A DNA stretch of 64,000 bases, taken from NCBI GenBank assembly GCA_005799525.1, contig SYGN01000162.1:866-64865 (forward strand). Reading direction: 5' to 3'. This DNA is from Opitutaceae bacterium. GTDB lineage: Bacteria; Verrucomicrobiota; Verrucomicrobiia; Opitutales; Opitutaceae. How positions within the stretch are numbered: position 1 is the first letter of the stretch; each line of letters opens with the position of its first letter. The notes beneath the pieces are model-generated. The model saw only the letters and a list, made by a program, of their open reading frames with translations, ran no database searches and was not told the origin of the DNA. A program made the position numbers and the translations under genes. Below, piece by piece: positions 11,697-21,266 of this stretch.

Positions 11697-13096
11697 AAGC
11701 TTGGTGGCGCCAGCGGACGCTCCGCTTTCGGCTCGCAGCGTGGTATGGCGCGGGTGGCACCCTGCTGTTAGCGGTTTTTTCGGCGACGCTGTATTCCTAT
11801 GTCGCGGAGACGATGGCGCGTCCGCTCGACTCCGAGTTGCGGCAGGACCTTGCGGAGATCCGGCAGCGCCTCGCCATCACGGCGGAGGGGGTGGTGCTCT
11901 GGGACCGGACCGAAGTGACCACGCAAGCCCGCTGGAATTCGGAGAACCCGTGGTTTGAATTATGGAATGAGCAAGGGGAACTCGTGCGACGGTTTTGGCC
12001 GTTCACCGAGAGCCGGGTGGAGTCGATGCCGGTGGCGCCCGAGCCGGGACGGGATCGCATTTCCATCTTTAACGTCGCGCGGGACCTGCGGCTGCGCGTG
12101 CTCTCGGTGCCCTACGCGGTGCCGGCCCGGAGTGAAACGTGGATGATCCGCGTGATGACAGTGCACCGGCCGATGGCCGATGGCCTGGGGGCGCTTCGCC
12201 TGATCATCGCGGGGGCGTTGCCGGTGGTGGTCGCGTTGCTGGTGTTGGGCGGCTACGCGCTCACGCGTCGTTGGTTGAAGCCACTCGATCTCATGGTAGC
12301 GGAGGCGAAGCGGATCACGGCGGAAGATCTCGGCCGACGGCTGCCGGTGGTGAATCCACATGACGAACTCGGGCAGCTCGCTGAGGTGTTTAACGTGACG
12401 CTCGACCGGTTGGAGGAATCCTTCGTGGCGCTGGACCGATTTGTGGCGGATGCGTCCCACGAGTTGCGCACGCCTCTGACGACGCTGCGCAACGTGGGCG
12501 AAGTCGGCCTGCGCCGGAGCCGGACGGTGGAGGAATACCGCGAGATCATCGGTTCGATGCTGGAGGAGGCGCACCGGCTGCAGTTGCTCACCCAACGTCT
12601 GCTGGAGCTCGCGAGCACGGAGGGCGACGCACCGACGGTGGAGCACCTGCCGGTGCGGCTCGACGAGTTGGTGCGCCGGTGCGTAGGCGAGTTGGGCATT
12701 TTGGCGGAGAACAAGAGCCAACGCTTCCTGCTGGAAACGCCGGAGTGCACGGCGCAGACCGATGCGGTGCTCCTGCGGCAGGCGGTCCAAAACCTCGTCG
12801 ACAACGCAATCAAATTCAGCCCCGCGGGCACGACGATTCAGATCAAGGTGCGGGAGGCCGGTGACCACTGGGTCATCGACGTTACCGACGAGGGGCCGGG
12901 TATCTGTGCCGAGCATCGCACACGGCTCACGGCGCGATTTTTCCGACCGGATAGCGGACGCGATCGAGAGCGGGGTGGCTTCGGGCTCGGACTGGCGCTG
13001 ACGAAAGCTTACCTGCGACTGCTCGGTGGCACCATGGAGTATGCGCCGGCACGGGGGGGTGGAAGCACGTTTCGGCTGACGCTCCCACGAGTCTGA
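11693..13096 (+). CDS. Heavy-metal-type sensor histidine kinase (CusS-like)
   Basis: The GTG start overlaps the regulator stop (GTGA). It has two TM segments, a HAMP domain, an H-box FVADASHELRTPLTTL and HATPase motifs (DNAIKFSP, DEGPGI, GGFGLGLAL). Confidence 0.85.
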   Translation: MKAWWRQRTLRFRLAAWYGAGGTLLLAVFSATLYSYVAETMARPLDSELRQDLAEIRQRLAITAEGVVLWDRTEVTTQARWNSENPWFELWNEQGELVRRFWPFTESRVESMPVAPEPGRDRISIFNVARDLRLRVLSVPYAVPARSETWMIRVMTVHRPMADGLGALRLIIAGALPVVVALLVLGGYALTRRWLKPLDLMVAEAKRITAEDLGRRLPVVNPHDELGQLAEVFNVTLDRLEESFVALDRFVADASHELRTPLTTLRNVGEVGLRRSRTVEEYREIIGSMLEEAHRLQLLTQRLLELASTEGDAPTVEHLPVRLDELVRRCVGELGILAENKSQRFLLETPECTAQTDAVLLRQAVQNLVDNAIKFSPAGTTIQIKVREAGDHWVIDVTDEGPGICAEHRTRLTARFFRPDSGRDRERGGFGLGLALTKAYLRLLGGTMEYAPARGGGSTFRLTLPRV

Positions 13097-13139
13097 GGGC
13101 ACTCGCAGGCGCCCGACGGTCAGGGCGCGACGACCTTCG

Positions 13140-15353
13140 TCAGCGGTCGTTCATCGCCACCCGCTCGTCGAAGTCCACCGCGGTCGCGTGGACGGCGAAA
13201 CTTTTGAGCTGGTCACGCTCCTGCGTGAGGCGCTGGGCGGGCTCCACGGGTTGTAAATCGAAGCGGTTGAAGCCCGGGCGCAGCGTGACCTGCACACTGA
13301 TTTCTTGGCTCGCCTCCCCGATCAGCACCGTTGTTTTTTCGCCCGCGTTGAACACCATGGCCACCTTGCGGGTGTCCGCTGCACTGACGGTGAGACGCAC
13401 GGTGGCCTGACGGGGCAGCGCAGTGGGATTGTGGTAAGAAAACGCGCCCGGACCGTAGGCCCAACGCGGCTCGCCGGCCCGCGCGCTGTGCCAGCCGTGG
13501 CCAAACGTGAGGGTGCGCGCCAGCGGGAGTTTTGGGGTGAGGTTCGGCTCCAGCAGCACGACGACCTGTTCGCCCAAGGCTCCCTCGATGAACTGCGTCC
13601 GACCCAAGGCGCGGAGTTCCCCCAGAAGTTTCTCGCCGCGATCCGCGAAGCCGCGCCGGTTGAGATAGAGGGCGGAAAATCCGTAATGCTCGATGCGCCG
13701 CACCAGTTCCACCGTCGGGAGTTCTTCGACTTCACGTTGCCAGCGCCCGCGACTGCGGCCGTTGAGCGCGCCGTAGTTGAAGAGCAGCGAGCTCGTCGCG
13801 AGGAAGGGGCGGAAATGTTCGTAGTCACCGAGCTGTCCACGCGACCCGACCTCGGGAAACATCATCACGGGGAGCTGAAACACCATCGCCCCTTTCGGCA
13901 GGCGACCCTCGAGCAATGTTCCCAACTCGCGATCGGCCGCGAGGCGTTGCGCAATGCGCTCCTGTTTGGCGCGACCCGGTGCGCGCGGCAGTTGGTCAAC
14001 GAGCCCCACGACGCTCACGAGCGCCGCGGCGGCGAAGCTTCCCGCCTGCCACCACGTCGGCGCCAGCGCCCACGTTTCCCGGACCCGGCGCTCACGCCAC
14101 CAGCGGGACATTTTCGCCGCGAGAAACAACAAGACCGCCGCCGAGACAAAAATGCTGAACCGGTTCGTCGCCCGAAAAACGATCAGCCCGGTAAAGAACG
14201 CCATGACGTTGGTCAGCCCGCCAACCGAGGCGAAGGCGAGGACCCACCCAGCCGGCAGCGCGAGGCCGGGTAGGCGCCGCCCCCGCAGGATCGCACGCAA
14301 CGTGGTCAGCGCGAGCCACGCGAAACCGACAATGCCGACGAGACCGAGATAGGGCGTAAATGGCTCCCCGTTTCGCCACTCGGACCAGCGGACGTAGCGA
14401 TGGCCGAAAAATGCGAGGGCGTCCCACCGGTGTCCGGCCGGCGGCAGAAACAATTCAATCAGTTTCAAAGCGTAGCGCTCGGTCGCACCGTAGTTCCGCA
14501 CGAGCGGTGAAGCCGTCCCCGTGTCGGACGCAAACAGCCAGACATGCGACTCGACGATGAGAAAAGCCAACACCGCCGTCGCCAGGGCCGCCAAACCCAC
14601 GCGGAAGTTTTCCCGGCGCCGTGCCCCGAGCCACTGGGCGACGAGCGCCCAAGCGAGCAGTTGGAGAAAAAGAAACAGCGTATAAGGATTGCTGACACCA
14701 ATCACCGCCGCGATGGCGACGCAGAAAATTCCGCTCCCACTGCGCAGTTGCAGGCGTCGACTCGTCGCCACCAAACCGCAGGCCAAGAGCGCGGGCGGGA
14801 CCGTCCACGCGAACACGAGAAACAGATGCGGCAGACCGCGGCTAAACGTTTGAAAGGTGAAGGCAAACAACAGCGCGCCGGCGAACGCCCATTCCCAGCG
14901 CGCGCGCAACCAGCGGGCGCACCCGTAAAACGCTAGCGCCGCGCTGACGGTGGCGAGCAGCAGCGCGAGGTTCGCCGCTGCGAATACGCCCACGCTGCGC
15001 GCGAGCCACCCGAGGGCACACACGAGTGGCAGATCCGAGGTGGGATAAGCGCTCCAGTTGGCCCCGAACGGCGCACCCAACCGGGAAATCACCTGCGGCT
15101 GCAACGGCAGGGTATTCCCTTCGGCCGCCGCCTGGATGCGCGCAAATATCTCCAAAGAATCGCCGCGGTAGTCGGTCGGCACCGACCAACTCGCGAGCGT
15201 CCAACGGTCATAGTGGGCCGTCCACACGAGCGTCGTGACCAGCACGAGGAGGGCGACGCGCCACGGCGCGATCAGCCGGGGAAGGAGGGTAATGGGGGGC
15301 AAACTCACGGAAACGGAAGTCAGAGGTGCCGACCGAGGATAGCGGGCGACCAT
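13140..15353 (-). CDS. Large polytopic membrane protein with C-terminal extracytoplasmic domain (GT-C-like, function unknown)
   Basis: 737-aa ORF. About 12 hydrophobic helices fill the first ~450 aa, followed by a ~280-aa soluble domain. I recognised no catalytic motif with confidence. Confidence 0.7.
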   Translation of the reverse strand: MVARYPRSAPLTSVSVSLPPITLLPRLIAPWRVALLVLVTTLVWTAHYDRWTLASWSVPTDYRGDSLEIFARIQAAAEGNTLPLQPQVISRLGAPFGANWSAYPTSDLPLVCALGWLARSVGVFAAANLALLLATVSAALAFYGCARWLRARWEWAFAGALLFAFTFQTFSRGLPHLFLVFAWTVPPALLACGLVATSRRLQLRSGSGIFCVAIAAVIGVSNPYTLFLFLQLLAWALVAQWLGARRRENFRVGLAALATAVLAFLIVESHVWLFASDTGTASPLVRNYGATERYALKLIELFLPPAGHRWDALAFFGHRYVRWSEWRNGEPFTPYLGLVGIVGFAWLALTTLRAILRGRRLPGLALPAGWVLAFASVGGLTNVMAFFTGLIVFRATNRFSIFVSAAVLLFLAAKMSRWWRERRVRETWALAPTWWQAGSFAAAALVSVVGLVDQLPRAPGRAKQERIAQRLAADRELGTLLEGRLPKGAMVFQLPVMMFPEVGSRGQLGDYEHFRPFLATSSLLFNYGALNGRSRGRWQREVEELPTVELVRRIEHYGFSALYLNRRGFADRGEKLLGELRALGRTQFIEGALGEQVVVLLEPNLTPKLPLARTLTFGHGWHSARAGEPRWAYGPGAFSYHNPTALPRQATVRLTVSAADTRKVAMVFNAGEKTTVLIGEASQEISVQVTLRPGFNRFDLQPVEPAQRLTQERDQLKSFAVHATAVDFDERVAMNDR

Positions 15354-15425
15354 GGACAGATTTTCACGGCGGACGGTAGGGTGCCACTGAAATCATGGGG
15401 TGGCGAAACGATCGGGCGAGAGTGG

Positions 15426-15538
15426 ATCTGTGCCAGATCGCGAAAATGGCTTTGGGTTCGGAGTTCCGCCTTTGAGCGATTCCGACTCTGCACGTGCCCG
15501 CCTGAGGGCGGAACTCCAAACCCGAAGCTCACGAGGCC
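15426..15538 (+). repeat. REP/MITE-like element, copy B (forward orientation)
   Basis: Matches the reverse complement of 9188-9307. The internal 11-bp perfect stem is GGAGTTCCGCC (15460-15470) / GGCGGAACTCC (15507-15517). Confidence 0.85.
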
Positions 15539-15630
15539 TATCTGCACAGTGTCACGCCCACCCGACACAACCTGTTCGCCACTTCCTCGCACGGCGGGTC
15601 GGCGCGGCGGCGTATTGCGCGAGGCCGCGC

Positions 15631-17334
15631 TCATAGGTCGCTCGCGAGCGTGCCTGGGTCCCGCAGCACGACCCGTTGTTCGGTCATGACGTATTCGGAC
15701 GAGCCCCCCTGCTTGATGAGGAAACCGATTTGGTAGTCGCCGGAAGGAAGCTCGTCACGTCGGCGGGCAAACAGGTAGCCGCAGCGGTTGAGTTGCGGGT
15801 CACCTAGATTGTTGGCCACGTCAGGGCGCTGGGTGCTCACGGTGGAAAAAATGTGGGTCGCGGTCGCGGACCGGAGCACCAGGTGGATGTGCCCGCGCTG
15901 GGAACGCACCCCCGGGATCACGGCCCAGCCGCGCACGAAGGCGGAGCGATCGCTGACGGTGAGTTCATCGACGCGCCCGATGATGCGTTCGCTCGGTGCG
16001 GCGGCGGGAAACGAACGCGGCAGGCATACCGGGCCCATCCGGTAGACGCCATGGCGCTCCGCCTCGTTGAGTAATTTCGTAGCGCGCGCGGGCATGGGGG
16101 ACAGCGCAAAATTTCCGCGGCCATCGACGCCGTGTTGCTTGAAGCGGGCGGCGGCGATGTCTCGGCAGTCGAACCACGCATCGGCGGCGGAAGCGTAGGT
16201 GCGATTCGCCGCGACGTTGAAGATCACCAGCACGGGGAGGCACCACGCGAGCGCGGCCAAGGGTCGGCGGGGATCGGAGAAACGTTCGAGCAACATGAAA
16301 GCCGTGAGACTCCAGGAAAGCGTGCTGATGATGACGTAACGCGACATCACGAGGCCGCCGACCTGCTCCGCGCGGCCTACCGCCACGAGCGCGAGGGCGG
16401 CGACGCCAAACCACGCGAGCGGATAGGCGACACGTTCGCGCCGGACCGCGCCGTGCGTGCCGAGCCAGCCGAGGGCGGCGAGCAAAGCGACCCCGAGCCA
16501 CGGGGCCAAGCCGGTATGACCGAGCGCGGGAACGGTGCCGAGCAGGGTGAGCCAGTAGCGGAGAATTTCTTGCGCACCGGCGACCGTGAGGTGGGTGAGG
16601 CGGTGCGCGCCGTTGACTGAAAAACCCAGCGCGTAGCCGCCAGCAACGACCGCAGCCAAAGCGCACCAGCCGAGGAGCTCCGGGGTGCGGCGGGCGCGCC
16701 AGAGCAGCGCGGCCCCGAGCGGCCAGACCAACAGGCCGTGGGCGAGCGTCAGCGTCGCAAGCACGGCGCAAAGACCCGCGATGAACCACGCGGTGCGAGT
16801 GCCCTGCGCGAGAGCGGCGACGGTTGCGCCAACGTAGAGCAGCACTTGAAAATGATCGATCGAAGAGCCGGACCAGAGAAAGTTTTCGTAGTTCTCAAGC
16901 TGAAACAGGCCGAGGGCCAGCACGAGACCGAGCCGGAGACGGCGAGCGGCGCGGCCGGCACCGACGATCAAAATGGCGCAGAGCGCGAGGAGGCAGACAT
17001 TCCCGAGCAGGCTGATGACGGAAAAGTTTACCGTGCCGGTGAGCCAGTAGCTCGCGGTGAAAAGCAAGCGGCTCATGACCATGCGATGCTCGTTATTGAC
17101 GGCGAACAACTCATCGAGAAAGACGCCCGGCCCGATGCCGGTGTGCAGCCGCATGAGCAACGCGAGAACGGTCTCAAACTCGTCCCAGTAGGCGACGTTG
17201 CGACCGGCCTCGGCGGCGCGGAGGCCGATGAACATGAGCGGGAGGAGGGCCAAGCCGACGAGCAAGACCGTCGCCAGCAGGCCGACGCGGGGGGCGGGGC
17301 GGCGAGGTAAGGGGGACGTGGTGGACAAAAACAT
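15631..17334 (-). CDS. Polytopic membrane protein with C-terminal soluble domain (function unknown)
   Basis: 567-aa ORF with at least 10 hydrophobic helices and a ~170-aa C-terminal domain. Its architecture resembles the neighbouring 737-aa protein. Confidence 0.7.
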   Translation of the reverse strand: MFLSTTSPLPRRPAPRVGLLATVLLVGLALLPLMFIGLRAAEAGRNVAYWDEFETVLALLMRLHTGIGPGVFLDELFAVNNEHRMVMSRLLFTASYWLTGTVNFSVISLLGNVCLLALCAILIVGAGRAARRLRLGLVLALGLFQLENYENFLWSGSSIDHFQVLLYVGATVAALAQGTRTAWFIAGLCAVLATLTLAHGLLVWPLGAALLWRARRTPELLGWCALAAVVAGGYALGFSVNGAHRLTHLTVAGAQEILRYWLTLLGTVPALGHTGLAPWLGVALLAALGWLGTHGAVRRERVAYPLAWFGVAALALVAVGRAEQVGGLVMSRYVIISTLSWSLTAFMLLERFSDPRRPLAALAWCLPVLVIFNVAANRTYASAADAWFDCRDIAAARFKQHGVDGRGNFALSPMPARATKLLNEAERHGVYRMGPVCLPRSFPAAAPSERIIGRVDELTVSDRSAFVRGWAVIPGVRSQRGHIHLVLRSATATHIFSTVSTQRPDVANNLGDPQLNRCGYLFARRRDELPSGDYQIGFLIKQGGSSEYVMTEQRVVLRDPGTLASDL

Positions 17335-17651
17335 GGATAACGGAAGCGCGGCTATGGCAAACCGGAGGCAAGCGGAGTGGAGGAGCCCGGCCGTTGCAGC
17401 GCAACGAAACTCCTCCGCTTTGCGAACCGAATTTCACGCAAGCACGCGGACGGAGCGGGCAGCGAGGATCGCTAGCTGACATTTTTGTCAGGAGGCAGGC
17501 GAGCGCGGGCGCCGCGCGGGCTGCCAAGGGAGCGCGACACGATCGTTCGACGCGGAGGGCGACGGGTGTGTCGCCGCGCTGCCGGTTTCGACGGGAGCGG
17601 TGTCGTTCGTGTCGCCGAGCGCGGGAAGCGCTCGGCGGCACGCGAGAAACC

Positions 17652-18359
17652 TTACTTCACCTCGCGGATCTTGATGTTCCGATACCAGCAGTCGTCCTGA
17701 TGGTAGGTGAGCATGAGATGGCCGACGATTTTTTCGCCGAAGCCAGGTTGTTTCGAAAATTTACTGGCGGCGACGCCGGCCTTGACCGCTTCGCTGCCGG
17801 CCTCGTAGGCGAGGACCATTTTTCCATTGAGCCAGTGCTCCACTTTTTTGCCCTGCACGACGAGCTTTGATTGGTTCCAGTTGCCGGGCTCGCGGTAGGG
17901 TTTGTCGGCCGCGGGAGGGAGGACGAAATAAAAAGCGGCGGTCTGCCGCAGTGGACCGGCCTTGGCGTCCGCGTGGCGCATATCGTCCAACATCTGATAC
18001 TCATGGCCAGGTGCGCCAGGGCGCTCCTCAGTGACGAAATACTTGACGCCATTATTGCCAGCGAGGGGCAGCTTCCATTCCCAGAAAAACTCGAAGTTAT
18101 CGTATTTTTTCTCGGTGATGAGTTCCACGCCCTTAACCTTGGCGATAGCGTGGAGCGTGCCGTCGACGACCTCCCAGCCACCGGCAGGCTTTTTGTTGTA
18201 GGGGCGCCAGCCATCGAGGGTCTTGCCGTCGAAGAGGAGCGTCCAACCGACTTTTTTTTCGGCGGCGGTGAGTTCGTTTTCGGCGGCGTGCGCGGTGAAC
18301 GCACAAGCGGCGAGGGAGAGGCAGGCGGCGAGGGGGCGGAGGTTCATGGAAATTAACAA
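17652..18359 (-). CDS. DUF1080 (3-keto-disaccharide hydrolase-like) secreted protein
   Basis: Signal peptide plus DUF1080 signatures: GWTLLFDGKTLDGWRPY, NNGVKYFV, EYQMLDD, HWLNGKMV and CWYRNIKIREV. Confidence 0.8.
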   Translation of the reverse strand: MLISMNLRPLAACLSLAACAFTAHAAENELTAAEKKVGWTLLFDGKTLDGWRPYNKKPAGGWEVVDGTLHAIAKVKGVELITEKKYDNFEFFWEWKLPLAGNNGVKYFVTEERPGAPGHEYQMLDDMRHADAKAGPLRQTAAFYFVLPPAADKPYREPGNWNQSKLVVQGKKVEHWLNGKMVLAYEAGSEAVKAGVAASKFSKQPGFGEKIVGHLMLTYHQDDCWYRNIKIREVK

Positions 18360-18576
18360 GAGGAGGCGAAAATAGGGGACGGACCGACGCTTTCAACTCC
18401 ACAGTCGTGGTGACGTTGCGCCGAAGTGCGGGCGGGAAGACGTGCGAGCGGGCCCGGGGTTGCGGGCCACGTGCCCGGCCAAGGCTGGCGCAGATAGCGG
18501 GGCCGTCCGCGGGGCGAAAACACTCGGCGATGAAACGGCTTGTTCCCGCGTGCCTTCGTCCGTTCTCTCGCGAGGC

Positions 18577-19563
18577 ATGCACGCCAAAGTCATCGTCCGC
18601 AACCTCTCGAAACGCTACGGCGGAGTGGAGGCGGTGCGCGGGGTGAGTTTTGAAATCGAGGCCGGCGAGATCTTCGGCCTGCTCGGGCCAAATGGCGCGG
18701 GCAAGACGACGACCCTAGAATGTCTCGTGGGGCTACGGGAGGCGGACGCGGGGGAATTGGAGGTATGCGGCCTCGATGCGCGAAAACAACCGCAGGAAGT
18801 GAAGCAACGCATCGGCGTGGCCCTGCAAAGCACGGCGCTGCAGGACAAGATCACGCCACGCGAGGCGCTGAAATTATTCGGGTCCTTTTACCGGGAGCAC
18901 GCGGAGCCGGCGGCGCTGTTGGAGCGGTTTGCCCTCACGGAAAAGGCGGACGCGCGTTTCGATACCCTGTCGGGTGGACAACGGCAGCGCCTCACATTGG
19001 CGTTGGCATTTGTGAACACCCCGGAACTTGTGCTGCTCGACGAACCGACCACCGGACTCGACCCGCAGGCGCGGCGCGAGTTGCACGCGGAGATTTTGCA
19101 GATGAAGCGGGACGGCCACACGGTACTGCTCACGACCCACTACCTCGACGAGGCCGAACAACTTTGCGACCGCATCGCGATCATCGACCACGGGCGCGTG
19201 ATCGCCACGGGTGCGCCGCATGAGCTGATCGCGCGATCGAGCGCGTCGCAGAGCGTGACCTTGGTCACGATTCCGGCGGTCGGTGCGGAGCGGTTGGCGC
19301 GCGTGCCCGGAGTGAACGAATTGCGGTGTGACGGGGCGACGGCGCGGTTTCGTACGGAGCGGTCGACGGAGACGCTCGCCGCGCTCGCAGCGTTGCTCGT
19401 GGAGCAGCGCGTGGAGTTGGTGGAGCTGCAGGTGAAAAAGGCGTCTTTGGAGGATGTGTTTGTCGGGCTGACGAAACGCGACGACGGCGTTGCGTCGCCA
19501 GCTCCGGAGCAGGCGTCGGTAGCGCCCAAGGCCTCGGTAGGTTCGAAAGGACCGCCACGATGA
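18577..19563 (+). CDS. ABC transporter ATP-binding protein
   Basis: Start set at MHAKVIVRNLSKRYGG. It has Walker A GPNGAGKTT, signature LSGGQRQRL and Walker B LVLLDEPTTGLD. Confidence 0.9.
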   Translation: MHAKVIVRNLSKRYGGVEAVRGVSFEIEAGEIFGLLGPNGAGKTTTLECLVGLREADAGELEVCGLDARKQPQEVKQRIGVALQSTALQDKITPREALKLFGSFYREHAEPAALLERFALTEKADARFDTLSGGQRQRLTLALAFVNTPELVLLDEPTTGLDPQARRELHAEILQMKRDGHTVLLTTHYLDEAEQLCDRIAIIDHGRVIATGAPHELIARSSASQSVTLVTIPAVGAERLARVPGVNELRCDGATARFRTERSTETLAALAALLVEQRVELVELQVKKASLEDVFVGLTKRDDGVASPAPEQASVAPKASVGSKGPPR

Positions 19564-20972
19564 ACGCGTTTAACGAACACGTCGGGATTTCGCTTCGGCT
19601 GCATTTTCGAAACAAGATGGCGCTGCTTTACGGCTATCTGTTTCCGCTGATTTTCCTCGCGGCGTTTTGGGTATTGTATCGCTACGACAAGGTGCCGCTG
19701 CTGCGCCATATGGGCGAGCTCCTGACGGTGAGCGTCCTCGGCGGAGCGTGCTTCGGGTTGCCCTCCACGTTGGTGAGCGAGCGCGAGCGCGGGGTGTGGC
19801 GACGCTACCGGCTCGCACCGGTGCCGACGTGGAGTGTGGTCCTGAGCACCATCGTCGCGCGCTACGTGATCTTGCTTTCGGCGGGACTGCTACAACTCGG
19901 CGTCGCGCTGGCAGTGGGGATGACGATGCCGGCGTATCCAGTGGACTTGTTCGTGGCGTTTACGGCGGTGTCGTTTGCCTTCATCGGACTCGGACTCGTC
20001 ATCGCGATGATGGCGGACAGCGTGCCAGCGGTGCAGGCGTTGGGGCAGTGTATTTTTCTGCCGATGCTTATCATTGGTGGAGTGGCGGTCCAGCTGGCGA
20101 GTTTGCCCGCGTGGGCGCAGCATGTGTCGGCGTTTTTTCCGGGGCGGTATGCCGTGGAGGCGTTGCAGGCGAGTGTGACGGGCGGCGGGCTGGGCGCGGC
20201 GCGATTCAGTTTGCTGGCGCTGGTGCTCACGGGTGCGGCGGGCTGCGTGGCGGGTGCGAAACTGTTTCGGTGGGACGCGCAGCAACGCTTCCTCGCGAGC
20301 GCGGGCAAGGCGTGGATCGTGCCAGTACTCGCGGCGTGGCTCGCCGTGGGCGGGCTCGCGGAGTGGCGCGGACGGATCGCGATTGCGACGGATGCTGCTG
20401 AGCCGGCGATCAAAGTGACGGTGCCTTCGGTCAATGTCGCCGCAGAGATCAGGGTGATGGTCGAGCCGATCAAGCCACCCCCTCCCCCACCAGCACCGTG
20501 GGAAAAAATCACCGCGCAGGACATCGCAGGCTTGGACTACCGTGTGCCGCCAGATGGCGGCGTCGTTTCTCCGATCGCGCCGGAGGACGATCTGCCCGAA
20601 GATCAAACGAAGGACGAAGTGGAAGGCGTTCGCAACGGGCTCGTCGATTGGCCAATGGGGAAGACGGCCGACGACATCCAGAACGTGCGTTACCTCCTGT
20701 GCGTGGCCGCCGTGCCGGATGCGATCCAGGTGCCCGTCGAGCGCTACCTGCCGCGCGTGGTCTACAACTACCTGATCGACCGATACCCCAAGGAAAAACT
20801 GACCAAGATTCTCACCTGGATTGTCCTTCATCCCGAGGACGGGGCCGCGGTGGACAATATTTCCGACCTGGGGATCAACGGCGCCGCCGGCGATCCGTCA
20901 ATCGTGCGCGAGCGCTCGTATCTCTACGCGATCAAGTTCATCGGCCGGCTGACCGGGCGGTTTGAGCCATAG
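19560..20972 (+). CDS. ABC-2 type permease fused to a ~220-aa C-terminal domain of unknown function
   Basis: The ATGA start overlaps the ATPase stop. Six hydrophobic helices span the first ~250 aa. A proline run (KPPPPPPAPW) and a soluble domain with no recognisable motif follow. Confidence 0.8.
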   Translation: MNAFNEHVGISLRLHFRNKMALLYGYLFPLIFLAAFWVLYRYDKVPLLRHMGELLTVSVLGGACFGLPSTLVSERERGVWRRYRLAPVPTWSVVLSTIVARYVILLSAGLLQLGVALAVGMTMPAYPVDLFVAFTAVSFAFIGLGLVIAMMADSVPAVQALGQCIFLPMLIIGGVAVQLASLPAWAQHVSAFFPGRYAVEALQASVTGGGLGAARFSLLALVLTGAAGCVAGAKLFRWDAQQRFLASAGKAWIVPVLAAWLAVGGLAEWRGRIAIATDAAEPAIKVTVPSVNVAAEIRVMVEPIKPPPPPPAPWEKITAQDIAGLDYRVPPDGGVVSPIAPEDDLPEDQTKDEVEGVRNGLVDWPMGKTADDIQNVRYLLCVAAVPDAIQVPVERYLPRVVYNYLIDRYPKEKLTKILTWIVLHPEDGAAVDNISDLGINGAAGDPSIVRERSYLYAIKFIGRLTGRFEP

Positions 20973-21032
20973 GCAGCGCGGGGCCAACCGGATGCGGCTT
21001 GCGATACGGGCCGTGCACCCGTTTTTGGCAGT

Positions 21033-21266
21033 ATGAAAACAACGATCGATCTCGATGAGGCGAAACTGGAGCGCGTGATGAAACTCACCGGGCTCACGAC
21101 TCGCCGAGAAGCCATCGATTTCGCCCTGACGCAGGCGGAGCGTGCGGCGAAGGTGAAGTCGCTCCTGAGCCGACCCTTCTTCGATGGCATCACCGACAAG
21201 GTGGTGGTTGATCCCGCCTATGACGTGCTGGCTCTGCGGAGGAAAGAGAGGCCTGCGCGCACATGA
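21033..21266 (+). CDS. vapB: VapB-type antitoxin
   Basis: 77 aa with MKTTIDLDEAKLERVMKLTGLTTRREAIDFAL, typical of VapB/DUF2191 antitoxins. It overlaps the PIN gene start by 4 nt. Confidence 0.8.
   Translation: MKTTIDLDEAKLERVMKLTGLTTRREAIDFALTQAERAAKVKSLLSRPFFDGITDKVVVDPAYDVLALRRKERPART

Noticed and set aside
9163-15636. Similar peptides (..DRENxxGFGVPxLxxSDSAxARLxAEL..) encoded by ORFs 9163-9381 and 15400-15636
   Set aside because: The similarity is confined to the 100-nt nucleotide repeat core. The flanks, starts and ends differ, so this is a DNA repeat and not a conserved small protein.
17335-17651. 317-nt intergenic region with several GC hairpins (for example GCCGAGCGC/GCGCTCGGC at 17614-17636) as an ncRNA or terminator
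   Set aside because: The hairpins are real, but none is followed by a U tract and I recognise no conserved RNA family. In about 70% GC DNA such stems arise easily, so it is not called as a feature.
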